Below the pieces are notes generated by a model. The model was not told the origin of the DNA, did no database searches, and worked only from the letters and a program-made list of their open reading frames with translations. A DNA stretch of 64,000 nt, from the NCBI GenBank assembly GCA_040954595.2, contig CM082583.2:8058849-8122848 (forward strand). Reading direction: 5' to 3'. The DNA is from Balanoglossus misakiensis (taxonomy: Eukaryota; Animalia; Hemichordata). The translations under genes and the position numbers were made by a program. Below are positions 51,801 through 64,000 of this stretch, piece after piece. The stretch's first letter is position 1. The number at the start of each line of letters is the position of its first letter.

Positions 51801-54800
51801 TGCTGTTTGCTTCTGTAGTGACAAAATATTTTCACGATAAACATCCCAAAGTTTATTTCCTTAAAGATGTAAACATTTGCCTTGCCATTTGAATTTGTAG
51901 ACAAAAAGAAATCGAACCTCAAAAAGACATTCAGGAGAACAAAGTCGATGAATCTCATAAGGGGTGAACTGATGGTGGACAAGAGTAAGGAAGTTGTGAA
52001 CAAACAAACCCGGAAAGGTCCCGAGAACAACGAAGAGGGGGAGAAGAAGTTGGCAGAGAGCCAAGCAAGAAGACAAGCTGTGGAGAAAGAGATTAGTGAT
52101 GGTTAGTATTGGTTATTGTCTCTAGTAATGTCTAGTTATGCATTCAGTGACTGTGTGGGGTAAATGATGAGCCAGTTCAATTTACGTCTTTCATTGCTGA
52201 TAAAATTCCTCTTTTTCCCTTCAGGGTTTAAGTTTAGCTGTGAGGATGATTTGCTGCCTTGCTTGCAAGAGAAATATAGTAGTTGTCTTGAAGAAGGAAA
52301 ACAGGTAATAGAAGTAGAATGCATTTCTAAATGGAGATGATTTTTAAGAAACAACTTTCATGACCAGTAACAATCATTTTTGAAGACTCTTTCGAAGAAT
52401 TTGTCAGCACTGAGCACATGTGACATATTGACATTGGGATACTGCAATATAGCTTGAAAACAATTTTATTAATTTTCCTATTACAGGGTACACCAGTTTG
52501 CCAAGTCTCTCAAAAGTTAGTGTACACTGCTGTGAATTATTTCAGAGGCAAATCTGAAGAAAATTACCAGGTAAAGGAAACTTTAAATTCTGAACAGTAG
52601 TTTAGGATTTGTTCAAGAAGCTGAGAAGACCTGTCATTCTATGGAAGCCATTTTAGTGTAATTGCATTGTGCCGTGGCAGTTTCCTGTCCAAGCAAAAAA
52701 TATTGGGAATACTAGTTTGTTTCATCAAAAATTTATGTGCATGTCTACACACAGGAAAATATTAACAGTTTTGAACTCACAAAGTTGGACAAAATCTACA
52801 TGCAGTGGAGTTTCAGAAGCCTTCAGCTCCTCAAAGAAATGTTACCAGACACATTGATCTCCATACTGTTAGCAAAAGCAGACATAGGAGCATGAGCCGT
52901 AACATTTTACTTGTCTTTCTCTCCTGAAGAGTGAAGCAAGAGAAATGCTGAGTAAGGTGATTCTCAGTGATAAAGAACTGAGAAAGAAATATGCTGAGAA
53001 AGACGGTGAGGACGCTAAACGTGAGAAGAAACGAGAAATAATGATGCAGGTTTTGTTGCGGGTGGAAGTGGAAATTTATATGCCTTGCGAAGAGGACCAG
53101 AGTGATGTCCTTGATGATGTAAGTACTTTGTGATTCACATCATTCAAATTATCAACCCATTTTTTTTCATGTCAATGAATTAGTCCTCAGTATTCTTTGT
53201 CAAGTGTCTTTCCACCAATTGTGTATAGTGTTCTTGTGTTATTTACAAATATTTGAGACTGTCAACTGAAATATTGCGGGGTTAATGACCAAAGGTGTAT
53301 TAACGTTTTGCAGATCCATGTATTACTTGGCATGTTAAACTTGATGTTCCCCGGTGAGAAGGTAGATTTGTTTTTCTTGAAGGAAGATCTCTTGGAAAAG
53401 TAAGCAACATTATAATCTCTCCATCTACTGTCTTTCTTTCTTTAAAAAAAATTCCCTGGTGACATCACAGGTGCAAAGGTTGTTAACCTTTTGACTGCTA
53501 TTTTTCACAGCTACCTCTATGTGTGTCCGAAATTGCTGTGCGCCATTTACGAAGAGTTGATGCAGCCGCTGCCTCCCGAACTGCATCCGTTTTCTGAAAA
53601 CAGAGATGAGGAGGAGGACGGCCACGACATCAGCAGAGATTTGGCATCCTGCCAGTCTGCTGGGTCATTGGGGTCACTGGACAGTCAAGACATACATAAA
53701 CCTAGGTGAGGGTATATCTACTCCAGCCTAGGCATGTTATTTGGAATACAACCTAGTTGGCCAAATTCAGCCTCAAAGAGATACCATCTTGGATGACAGC
53801 CTGTCATTGTAAGAAATCCTCAACGATTGTTAAAGTATGCAAATGACTTGGTTTATATCAAGGTATTATGCGAAATAACCACCTAATCTACAAAGGTCAT
53901 ACGAGAATGACAAGACTTTTTTTTATTTGTATCATATTTCAGAACTAGGAGTATGTCTCGTCACTTTAGTTTTGCTGATGCAGCCGTAAAGAAACAGATT
54001 GTCATTCCTGTGAAGCCTGTTGTGAAGAAGGTAAATACATGACTATCTTTCCCCAAGTTTAATGTTTGTTTGTTTTGTCTGTGCAATTAAAGAATTAAGT
54101 CTTCATCAAAGTATTCATCAAAACAGGCTGTATATGTACCCTTACTGCAAAGCCTTTCCTTGACTGCCACATTCATTTCACAAAACTTGTATTTAATATT
54201 TAGGAAGAGAAAAAGAAGTTGGGAGCGGCGTCCAGTGGAAAGAAACAACGCAAGCAGAAAGGTATGTTTACAATAACAAACACACACAAAACCAGTGTGA
54301 TTATATCTTATATATCTCATACACCAGTTTTGAGTAACATGGCTGTCTTCATCACAAAAGCTGCTCCGTCACTATGTGAAGGAATAACATAACAAGCACG
54401 TTTGACGTCTTCTTGTTGCAGATTCCAAAAAAGAAGAAGTGAAGAAGGTCAGACGGAATCTGTTCACGGACGAAGAGGAGCAGTCGCCGGTCGCCTGCAA
54501 GACGGAAAGAAGAAACTCGGTGGCCGTGATGCAGCGGCCGAGGAGACCAACCACGCCCAGGAAGAGTGCAAGCCAACACGTGCTGAAAACCAAACGAGTT
54601 ACAGAGACGCCAAAATGGAAGCAGTCCTCGAGTGCGATGTTGATGAAATTGGACAGGGCCAGGTGAGTTCAGATTTCAAGTTTTGACCTTTTTGAAGGAT
54701 AACTATATTGTCTCAGCATGCTCATTTGGTATGTCACTCTCAATAAAAGTCGATAAACTACAAGAATATTTTATATAACCATGCAGTTTCCCTAACTGTA

Positions 54801-57167
54801 TTCAGTAATTTAATAATGGCTATGTACCCACGTGCACTGATGTAGTTGCCAAAATTAAACATACCTTCTGTACTGTAGGAAGAGATCACAGACGGCGACT
54901 GAAGTGGCATTTGTTAAGGAGTCTCCTGTGAAGTCAGGCAAGACATCAGCCACATCAAAGTCTACTAAAGGTATCTGCTGTTTTTGTCTGTTTTTAACTC
55001 TTGTCTTCAAAGAGTACTGTAGGCCTACTGTTTATCAATACAGCAATATACAATTTACCCAGTCAGTGACCCTTGGCATCATCCACGCTAAAAAGTTCAC
55101 AATTGTGATTTGTGTCACTTTGCAGGAGATCGTCTGCTGAGCCCGAGAACCTACATCAAAGCCCTGAGGCGGAGGAATTCCTTCTACTCAGCCTCAGATC
55201 AGCCGTCCACTTCAAAACATCAGCATGCGTTAGAGTTGAGGAAGAGCAGAGAATTTGCCGACAGGCTGGCCGGAAGGACTGTTGTCAGCCCCCAGCAGAG
55301 CCAACTCACCCTGAAATGCCCCACGCGACAATCCGATGAGACGAGGCCCGCCAGTTTCCTTTTGTGCGAAATATTTAGTCCTGGTTCTTTGAAGCGTGTG
55401 CGGAAGGTAGCCATGAAAGAGGACGAGCTGGATTCGCCGAGCAAAAACACCAGATCGCAAGTCGCCATGACGCCCACAAAACTGAACAGGGGATTGGCGG
55501 ACGAGTCGATGGAGGATGCCAGTACTGGGGGGAGCGTTGAGAAGGGTCAAAAGAGGGGCACAGTCACACCAGGGAAAGGCTTTGCTTCCCCCAAATGTAT
55601 GTTACAAGGAAGTGCGGCTGTTGCTACAGACAGCAAGAGCGAAATTTCTGAGGTTGTTGCAGACAGTCCACCAACTCACGAGGGGGCACTTCCTGCGAAA
55701 TTTAATACCGCTCACATGGCAGAGTGTCAGAATTTCAGCAGTAGGGAAAATCCCGAACTCAACCCTACAAAAGCCAGGAAAGTGGCTACCAGTTTGATGC
55801 ATCTGTTTAAAGACTCTGACAAGGAGACAGGAGATGGTGACACCGCTGAGTCGGCTAAAAAAGAAAATCTGACGTCGCCAAGAAGATCCAGCCTGAGGCA
55901 TCACTTCTCAGCCGCGACCTCACCGACCATGACCACGAGGTCAAGTTCAAGGTCACCCAGTGCAATACCCACCTGCCCGACGTGTTCACCGAGCTACAGG
56001 AGTCCCAGTCCCACAAACGCCGGCAAACTGAGACTGAAAACGCCCGAGTCCCTCGACAAGTGGCCGCGCAGAAAATGGAGTTCGACCAAAAGCCACGTCT
56101 CCCCGGCAACAGGCGGGAGAACACCACCCCCGATGTGCAACGTGTCAAGGGACGAGAAACTCAGTCCGATGGGATCGCCCATATTTGGTAAGAGGAAGCG
56201 GAACAGCAAGAGTGATAGTTGTACTAGTGGAAGCGACGCGACCCTGTCCCCGTCGGAAGACCCGAATAAAAAACTCGAGGGTTTGAACGCAGCCAGTTGT
56301 CTTGCCAAGAAGACTGCGACGCAGGCAAACCCCTGCTTGGGTGGAAACAGTCAGGAGACATCATCGACAGATCAGAAATACTTGACAAGATCCAAATCGA
56401 AAGAACTCGACAAATCACCCACATCATGCGTCGGACAAGAAAACGTGGGCACGCCCAGAGCCAGGAAGAGACTGAGGGAAGCCTCGCCTGAATGTTCACC
56501 GCCAGTCGTCATGCGGAATCCAGACTTCAAATACTTGTGCACAATGGAGGGATGGCGGCCGTCTCCCAAGAGGTCAAAGAGCGTGACGGGCCCGTCGAAT
56601 CCTGGTGACGCCATAGCAACCACGAGTTCGCCGGATCCGGTCAACACGCATATCACCTTCGCGTCCCCCGTGGACGGCAACTCGCACGTCCGATTCACTC
56701 GGTGGTCCTCGCCGGCGGCCAGATCTTCGTTGGACAGCGCCGTCGCCCACAACAACAGCGACTACTTCTCGTCGGACAACGACGAAGTGTTCCTCGGCAA
56801 CCACGCGGCCGCCGCCTCCAGAAAGAGCAGCTGCGGCAAGTTCTCCCCAGTGCAGCTGTCTGCCCACGGTCTGAGCACGTTGTTGAATTCGCCGATATCC
56901 ACTGGAGTGCCTTCATCCAGACAGAGATGTGCCAGTGAACGTGTCATCAGAGGTGAGTCTGTCAGCATCACTCTTTCACCCCTCCCTCCCCACTTTAGAC
57001 CAATACCAATCAACTACAGTAAACATAGGCATAAGAAGATATCCACTGCAAATGTCCACATGTGTAACTCTCTCACTTCACTTCACTTTCCAGATAAGCA
57101 GAACCATCCGGCCGTTCACAGAAATCAGCAAGACGGGGAAGATTTTGTAATCAAGAAAAGAAAATAG
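48856..57167 (+). CDS. TICRR: Treslin / TopBP1-interacting checkpoint and replication regulator, ~1737 aa, 19 exons
   Basis: Exons 48856-49578, 49695-50076, 50254-50326, 50445-50832, 51039-51192, 51308-51434, 51544-51695, 51901-52101, 52225-52304, 52487-52570, 52930-53118, 53314-53399, 53511-53705, 53943-54030, 54204-54261, 54422-54662, 54879-54970, 55126-56952, 57094-57167 are phase-consistent. N-terminal WGYKF and DFEWDLPDISSPT; KKVRRNLF; paired CDK sites VTETP and VKESP; S/TP-rich tail with LSAHGLSTLLNSP. Confidence 0.88.
49597..49630. repeat. Imperfect (TCA)n microsatellite in TICRR intron 1
   Basis: tatcatcatcattcatcatcatcatcatcatcat, just after the donor at 49579. Confidence 0.85.
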
Positions 57168-58321
57168 AAGCTACTACAATTGAGATTTGGGTGCTACACG
57201 AACACTTGGAAAGATATACTATATCTTGCAATCGTCTATGCATGCTTTTGTATATACCAGTACTTATTAGTGTTACGAATATTAGATATGTCTGTCTTGT
57301 TTTGAAAAATGGCTTTACTCTAGAATTTCAAAGAGGTTGACTTATATTTTCAAATACTATATTAAATGATGTTGAAGTTGTACATGGAAACTTGTCTTAA
57401 CTTGACCACTGACATGACCGTGATGGGATAAGAAAACTATTGACTTTCTGAGGAGTTTGGGTTGTCGGGAACTATTTTGTGGTGTGGTTTAACCCTTCAC
57501 ATGAGAAATAAACAGACTATGAATCATACTCTGTTTAATATCGTTCCAAATTTATTTAATTTTATAGACAAATTGATTGTAAATATCCATTAGCAAGGAT
57601 CTGTATAAATGTGGGTATTATACAAAATAAATTATCATTTCATTAAAAGAGAATCACAAATCCAATGCACTAATAAAAAATCTACAAAGAAAATTCGTAG
57701 TATTTCATACAAAGTTATATTTATACATGTGTTGATGCAAATAGAGACACATGAACTTAAAATTCTCAAAGTATGATAAAATGGTCTCTCTGTCATTTTA
57801 TCAGCAATAAACACATTTTGAAAATTCTCGAAATCTAGGGAAGGAAGTGTGTTAAAAGTGAAACGAAATTGGACGTAGGCAAGTACCCAGCCGGGTGTCT
57901 GTCAATGGGTTAATATCAAGTTAGGCAAATCACAAAAGATAAATATGTTATGAGCTTCATCACTGTTTCAATTGTTTTAGTCTATACAGGTATTGAATCT
58001 AAAAATACTTCCAGTGCTACAATAATATGGTTCCCTAAACAGAATTTGGGAGAAATGTGAACAGTTGCTAGTACAAGATTTCAAAGAATGACCTACAATA
58101 TTTTTTTGCAATTTATATAATGCAAAATTGTAGCAAATAATTACGAAGTAATTAAAGTTGAATTTGATTGCATATTTTTCAAGAGACAGGTCGTGACTGA
58201 GATATTCCTTTACACCCTTCTTACACTGAAGCAGAAAATTTTCTCAAAGTTTATTTCAATTGGAGTAGGTGTAATACAGACAATTAACTGTTGCACTGAA
58301 ATCCATGGGCTGACGTCTGTG

Positions 58322-61300
58322 TTACCTCTTTGAACTATTTGTGGATGAGGTGGATTTTTGTGAGGCCGTTTCTGAGTCACTGTAGACAAGAGTTTTCAGT
58401 CTGGAGAGGTGTTCCATGGCCCTGCAAAGACATGGACAAGATGTCATTTGATGAATTGCTGGAGTATAGCAGATAGCATGATAAATTTGCTCCCACCTCC
58501 CAATTTACTTACCTTTGCAAAGAAAGACCCCCGGGTTCAATGTCAAACTTGGCTTTCTCAATCTTCTCAATTGCTGATGACTGCAGATACAAACAAGTCA
58601 AGATGAAATCAGTACAAACACAAACTGTTTTCAGTTTCATGTGAAATATAAGAGAAAACTACGGTTCCTCTTTTGGACTCTCACAGAGGATCAATCAACC
58701 CTCTCCACCCCATTTCCCTATGGATTGACCCAACCATACCATTGAAAACAGGATTATACCATGACAAGGACAAGACTCACCAGTGGGGGGTGTCTCTCTT
58801 CACTCACGTCATCCGGATCGTTCTCATCAGCGGCAACACTCTGCAGTTTGAACAGCATCTTCTTCAGTGTCTCCACCGGACCGGGCTGCTCACCCCCTGT
58901 CAGTCGGGGGCTACTACCACTGCCTTGCTCCTCCTAGAGAGAGACGACAGGACAAATGAATAATATTAATGCAAGAACTGAAGACTAAATATGCCTAAAA
59001 TCACTGATAATGAGGTTTCGGAAAACCAAAATTGAGGTCAAAATGAAGTAAACCAGGCGAACCGCACACAGGCCACTCAAAATCAAACTTTTGTACCTTC
59101 TTCAAACCAGCAGGGGTCATGTCAGGTCATGACAGTCTTCTAAGAACCCACAGGTAAAGGTCAGAGGTCAAAGGTCTCCGACACCACTGATGACATGGAG
59201 TCGAACTCTCCAGAATCACTGGCAGACGACGACCACAGACACTCTGCTATGAAACTTTTGATGATATTTTTCTTGTCGAAGGTTTTCCGGGACTTTTTTC
59301 TGCCCTGAGGGTGAAACCTTGTACAGATTCTATGCAGAGCGTAAGTTGTAGGTCGGGCGTACAGACCATGCGTGCCGCGATCCAAGTTAGTATGACCTTG
59401 TATTTCACTAAGTTCATCTTTCAGTGTGGTTTGACATCTGTGTCTAGAGTTGGCCATGATGGGCGTACTCGACGCCTGTGGCAGGTCGGGTGGCATACTC
59501 ACGTTTTCTCTATCGGAGTGCAAACAGTCTTCTAGGAATTTATCAATGATACCGGTCTTGCCTGGCACTTGCACAGGGGTTCTCTCAACACCAGTTCTTT
59601 GATATTTTCTGCAAAATCAATTGTAAGAAAATTATTCTCAGTGAGTGCATATTTTATCAGGTCATCAATCCACTGCTGAGGTCATTCAAGCTATCAAGTG
59701 ATTGATTTCTCACCTGAATGGTGTGGTCTTTTCCCAGGATCTGTCGCCGTCCAGAACGTCTTCAGTTAGTGGACTGGTGTTCAGGTCAATGTGAGCCTTT
59801 CTCCTGGCCTTTGCTAGCACTTCAGCTATCAGTGTATCTGGGTTTCAAAACAAAGGAATAGATTTTGTCTGATCCCTCACAACAAAGTCTGATAACTCTG
59901 GGGAGATTTAAAATTCATGAAGGGAAAACACAAATGAATCTTACCATTCAATGTAGTGTCTGCTTCCGTGTCACGGTTTGAATTCAACACAGTGGGAAGA
60001 GGGGCTTGGTTTACGAGCATATCGGTGTCCATAGAGGCAATGTCACCGCCAAGGTCATGCCTGGACCTGCTAAGACTGGCTCCATATCTTCGGGAACTCC
60101 TGTTGATTTTTGAATGTTCATTTCCAAGGATTCTCTTTGAAGAACTGGTGTTTGCCACATAATGCTTGGGTCTTTTCAGGTGTGATCTTTTTGAGAAGTG
60201 AGAGGACGATGCCAGGTCACTGTCGTCTCTTGAGTAAGTCCGGTATTTGAAGTCTAACCTTTTCCCGACTTTGGAAACGATGGACGAGTCATCCTTGTAG
60301 CGACCGTACCTGGGGATTTCATCTGTGTACGTTTTCTTTTGACGAAACGCGTGCCCGAGATCGCGTTTCTCAGGAGTGGCCAGGATCTTGGATTCATCGC
60401 TGCGAAAACGCCGCTGCGACTGCTCCCCACCAAGGTCAAGGTCGCGGAAGCTTTCCGCCTCCTCCAGGGGCCAGTCGCTGGCATCGCTCAACAGGAGGTC
60501 GCTGGTCGAGCCGTAGCGTTTCAGCAGGATGCTGTCCTCCCCCTGCTGCTGCACCTTGTGACTGATTCGGCTGGTGTCGTTCCACCGCTGCAGGCTGCTC
60601 TGGGTGATGGTGCTGATGTTGGACGTGTCCAGGTCCTGCACCCAGGTCGGCGCTGCGCAACTGCCGGCGTCGAGTTCTTGAATCCAGCTGGGCACGGGAT
60701 GGATGCCGGACGAATCCAGGTCGTGAAGCCAGCTGGGTGCCGGGTGACCCTTCACCGACTCCAAATCGTCGATCCAACTCGGCGCCGGCCGTCCTCCGTA
60801 TCCGGGCGACGTGGACTGACTGCTGTGTTCCACTTTAGACGGCGTGCTCTGCCGGATCGTGCATGGCGTGTGATAGGATGCGGCCATTCTCTTAGGTGCC
60901 GGAATGCGCCTACTTGCCAGGTCTTCCAAACTTCCGGACTTGACCCGACTGAGACTATTCCTGGATCTCCGTGTTGGATACTGATTCGGAGGAGCGGAGA
61001 GAAGAGCATCTGTGTTCAGGCTTGTCTCTGTGACTTGGCTGGAGACGGCCGAGTTGCTGTCATTCATACGTGAAGCTCGAAGCAATACTTTTGCTGCAAT
61101 AAAACATAATAGCAAAATCAGACATGATTTGATTTAACCCCAACCGTGCAGGCGGTAGGTTGTATTTAACAGTTGGCGAACCATTAGTGACCTGAAAGTG
61201 ACCCCATCATTCTAGGTTGTAAATATGTCAAAAAGTTTTGGGCGAAAGCATTAGCAGAGGAAATAATTCCTTCATCAATCACATATTGGGTAGGGGGGGG

Positions 61301-61738
61301 ATGTGTTGAATGAATAATAGTCAGAAAAATGGAATATCTGATTTTTTTCTGTTTGAGTATATTATATATATACTCACCTTTGTGCCTCTCTTTGTCAGCC
61401 CTTAAAATCTCTCTGTACGATCTATCGATAAGTTTCTTGACTTTATATCGATTTATTTCTGCCTTGGCGGAACTGCTGGCATTGAGGCTCTGAAGGGTTG
61501 TCTTAGGTGGCCCGGCCACGGCCACTCTGTAGCTGGGGTTGCTGTTTTCAAAGTCACTGATGTAGGCTTGCAGGGCCTCGGTTGCAGACGAGTAGTTTTT
61601 GGTTTTGCTGGACGAGGAGGAGGACAAGTCCGCAAAGCTGTCATTCTGGCTGTGATGCAAAGTGCTCTGGTTGTACGCCTTCAGTACGGAGCTGCTGCCC
61701 GAGGACAAGAAACGACTCGCGTCAGATTTATCTGCCAT
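58322..61738 (-). CDS. C18orf54: Lung adenoma susceptibility protein 2-like (C18orf54/LAS2), ~686 aa, 7 coding exons
   Basis: Exons 61738-61378 (YSSATEALQAYISDFE), 61093-59945 (SLNTDALL), 59837-59714 (LDGDRSWE), 59608-59503 (GIIDKFLEDCL), 58933-58781 (GPVETLKKMLFKLQSV), 58580-58513, 58421-58322 (SLQRAMEHLSRLKTLV). These motifs occur in the same order as I recall for vertebrate C18orf54. Confidence 0.8.
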
Positions 61739-64000
61739 TTTACAACTGGTAGCGCCGTGGAATATGGAAGTGCGGTGAAGTCGCTTGTCAAATAAAGCTG
61801 TTCTTTGCAACTATCAATCTTCTTTGGTTTCAGTGTCTCTTCAGTAACCGTCGGTCTGGATTATAAACAAATGACAAGCATGCACAATCAGTGATCAGTC
61901 TGAAATCTACACATCTTCAACTCAAAACTATGCGACTTGCTGTGACTTAATGAATTGCCAGGGATCCTTGGATAACGGCTTGGCACTGACAACACTTTGA
62001 ATGCATCAACATTCCGACACCTGAAACAAGCCAAAACAAGCCCAACTACACAGAGATGTGTCGCCTTCTCCATTAAGAACCTTACAATGGGAGCCCTCAT
62101 TGTGATTCCACTAATGAGCACTCAATTAGCGCTCAGTTACCGTGGATACTGGAAAGTGAATTTCAGTTATGACAAGGACAACATTGTAGTTGACTGTCCT
62201 GACTCTACCCCTTGTTTGTTTGCTTTGCTAATCCAACAGCAAACAAGACCATTCACCTCTTTACTTGCCCTTAATGATTATTTAATCCACTAGCAAACAA
62301 ACGATCATTCAGAAGTACAGTTTTCTTCAGGTGATTAGGTAATCCAGTTGCAAACACAAGAAGAAGAAAAAAAACGGTCAAATTTTCCACGGTGACTATG
62401 AAACTGCCACGAAGGAATGTACCATTTTTTGGCAGGTTAGAAAAGTTTGCATACAGAGACACATGTACTATGTAAGGCAGTGTGTATTGCCATTGCCAAA
62501 TAATGCTCTGCGCCAATAGTAAACATTCAGTTGTAAGATGAATGGGTCTGTTTAAGAATGTTGGAGCGTTCTTCGTCAATGAAGCTGTCAATGGCATTAC
62601 TGGTACACATATGTTTTCCACACAAACAGGTTGCTGTACATTGTGTCTATTTTGTCTAAAAATTCAAGAAATCCATGATGACTTTAAACACAGATGTGTG
62701 TAAAAAAGTTTGACTGGAGCAGGTTACTGTCCATTGAACCTGGGGTGGCCCGTTATGTTATTGGAGAGCGGACAGACATTCCTAAAATGTCTTTGTAAGA
62801 ATTAACTTAGCTGGACTGCATGTCCACAGTACATGTCAGATCATGTCATTATTACGACCTGACCAGCAGACAAATTTATCAATACATGTATCTACAGGGG
62901 GTACTAGTAATCTAGTTCATCTGATTGATGTGTCTGCTTCTGTGAAAATTTCAAGCATTTAGCGCAAAATTTTCGAGTGAGTTAAAATTAAACCCTTGGA
63001 TTTAAAAAAGTTTGTTAAAATATACAACTTTAAAGACAGTCTGTGAAGGTCTGTCTGATTTCAGAAATTCCAGAAACACACAAAAAGTATGGTTTTAATT
63101 TGCTGTCAACACTGTCTGATGACGAAGTAGTGTATAGCAAAACCAACATGGCAACGCTGATGTTATGACACCAACTAAGCCCTCGGGCTGTTAGAAAGAG
63201 AGGGAAATTTGAAATGGGTAAAATTTCTACCGTGCACACTTGCAGTGACAAGAGCTGATAAAACATGCATTTTTTAAAACGTAAACCAGTTTACCTGAAA
63301 CGGTGGCCTTAGAAAACGCATTGGGGAAGACAGTGAATTGGACCGCCTGGTTATGCAGTGGAATGCGCTGGCTGGCGATTGATTCATCCAGCAAATCAAA
63401 CATAACTGTACTTTTTGAATTAATCCGTACATAAACAATACATGTGGGGGGACCATTGTCACCGGGAGTGCAGCTGCCATGAATGGGGGCCACCCCACTC
63501 CAATCACTGGTCGTTTTAATTTATGGAGGGACACTGACTTGCTCTGACCTTTTGTGGCGGCATGAATGAACCGCGCTGCTGGTATTGATTTGGCTTTCAG
63601 CGATGAACCAAGAGACGGGGGACCTGGGGACACGCAACACTCAGTCTGTCGTGACCACGTTTTATGTCGGTGACAAATTGTTACTTTTTAGAACAGCCCT
63701 GTAGGACGGAACAGTGACGCCATCCTTTTGTCAAACTGCCAGTTTGTGAGATGGGGACAAAAATTAAGTAAAATGAATGGTCTGTCATCTGACTGCTGGT
63801 GGTTGAGAAATCAAGTTGTCCTCTGAATAAACAAAATCGTGAAATGCACTACAAGTGTTTGATTTTACGCAAATTTCCGTCTCAAAATTGAGCAGACGTC
63901 CTACCTGATGTACTGACAGCAGCTTCTTGCTCCTTGACCATACAGCTACTGCTTAAAATCGCAACGATCACCACTGCTAGATTTCTGGATTTGTCAACGT

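Noticed and set aside
55112-57150. Many short alternative-frame ORFs
   Set aside because: All lie within or antisense to the large TICRR exon.
57489-57912. TTAACCC...GGGTTAA piggyBac-like ends
   Set aside because: Complementarity extends only a few bases beyond the core, and the interval looks like ordinary 3' UTR.
60339-61073. 244-aa plus-strand ORF
   Set aside because: Antisense shadow of the GC-rich LAS2-like exon 2.
1-64000. CRISPR arrays, prokaryotic operons or defence systems, tRNA/rRNA, REST/RE1 sites
   Set aside because: The sequence is intron-containing animal DNA. No repeat-spacer array, RNA gene or convincing RE1 match was seen by eye; a covariance-model scan would be needed to exclude small RNAs.

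Overview
Eukaryotic (animal) genomic DNA with spliceosomal introns, most likely a marine invertebrate. A deuterostome is my guess from the vertebrate-like gene set and exon phases; the species cannot be determined here. I assembled eight protein-coding gene models by hand from GT-AG junctions with consistent phases: a 6-exon nicotinic acetylcholine receptor alpha-type subunit (-, 10574-27150), DCTN3 (+), intronless LARP6 (+), OSTF1 (-), LINS1/lines (+), a METTL27-like methyltransferase (-), TICRR/treslin (+) and a LAS2/C18orf54-like gene (-). The left ~30 kb is gene-sparse and CpG-rich; the right ~33 kb is a compact, CpG-poor housekeeping cluster. The most notable signals are: (1) a young ~400-bp foldback element with a 7-bp target-site duplication and CAC...GTG ends (P/Galileo-like hallmarks) in the methyltransferase intron; (2) an alpha-type nAChR that keeps the vicinal Cys pair but has lost two agonist-binding tyrosines; (3) a U12 minor-spliceosome intron in DCTN3; (4) a possible alternative LAS2 C-terminus carrying a duplicated motif; (5) a phase-consistent unannotated 3-exon ORF upstream of LAS2. 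No prokaryotic systems, CRISPR arrays, rRNA or tRNA were seen, and I found no clear-cut new multi-gene system. Gene identities rest on recalled motifs, not database searches.
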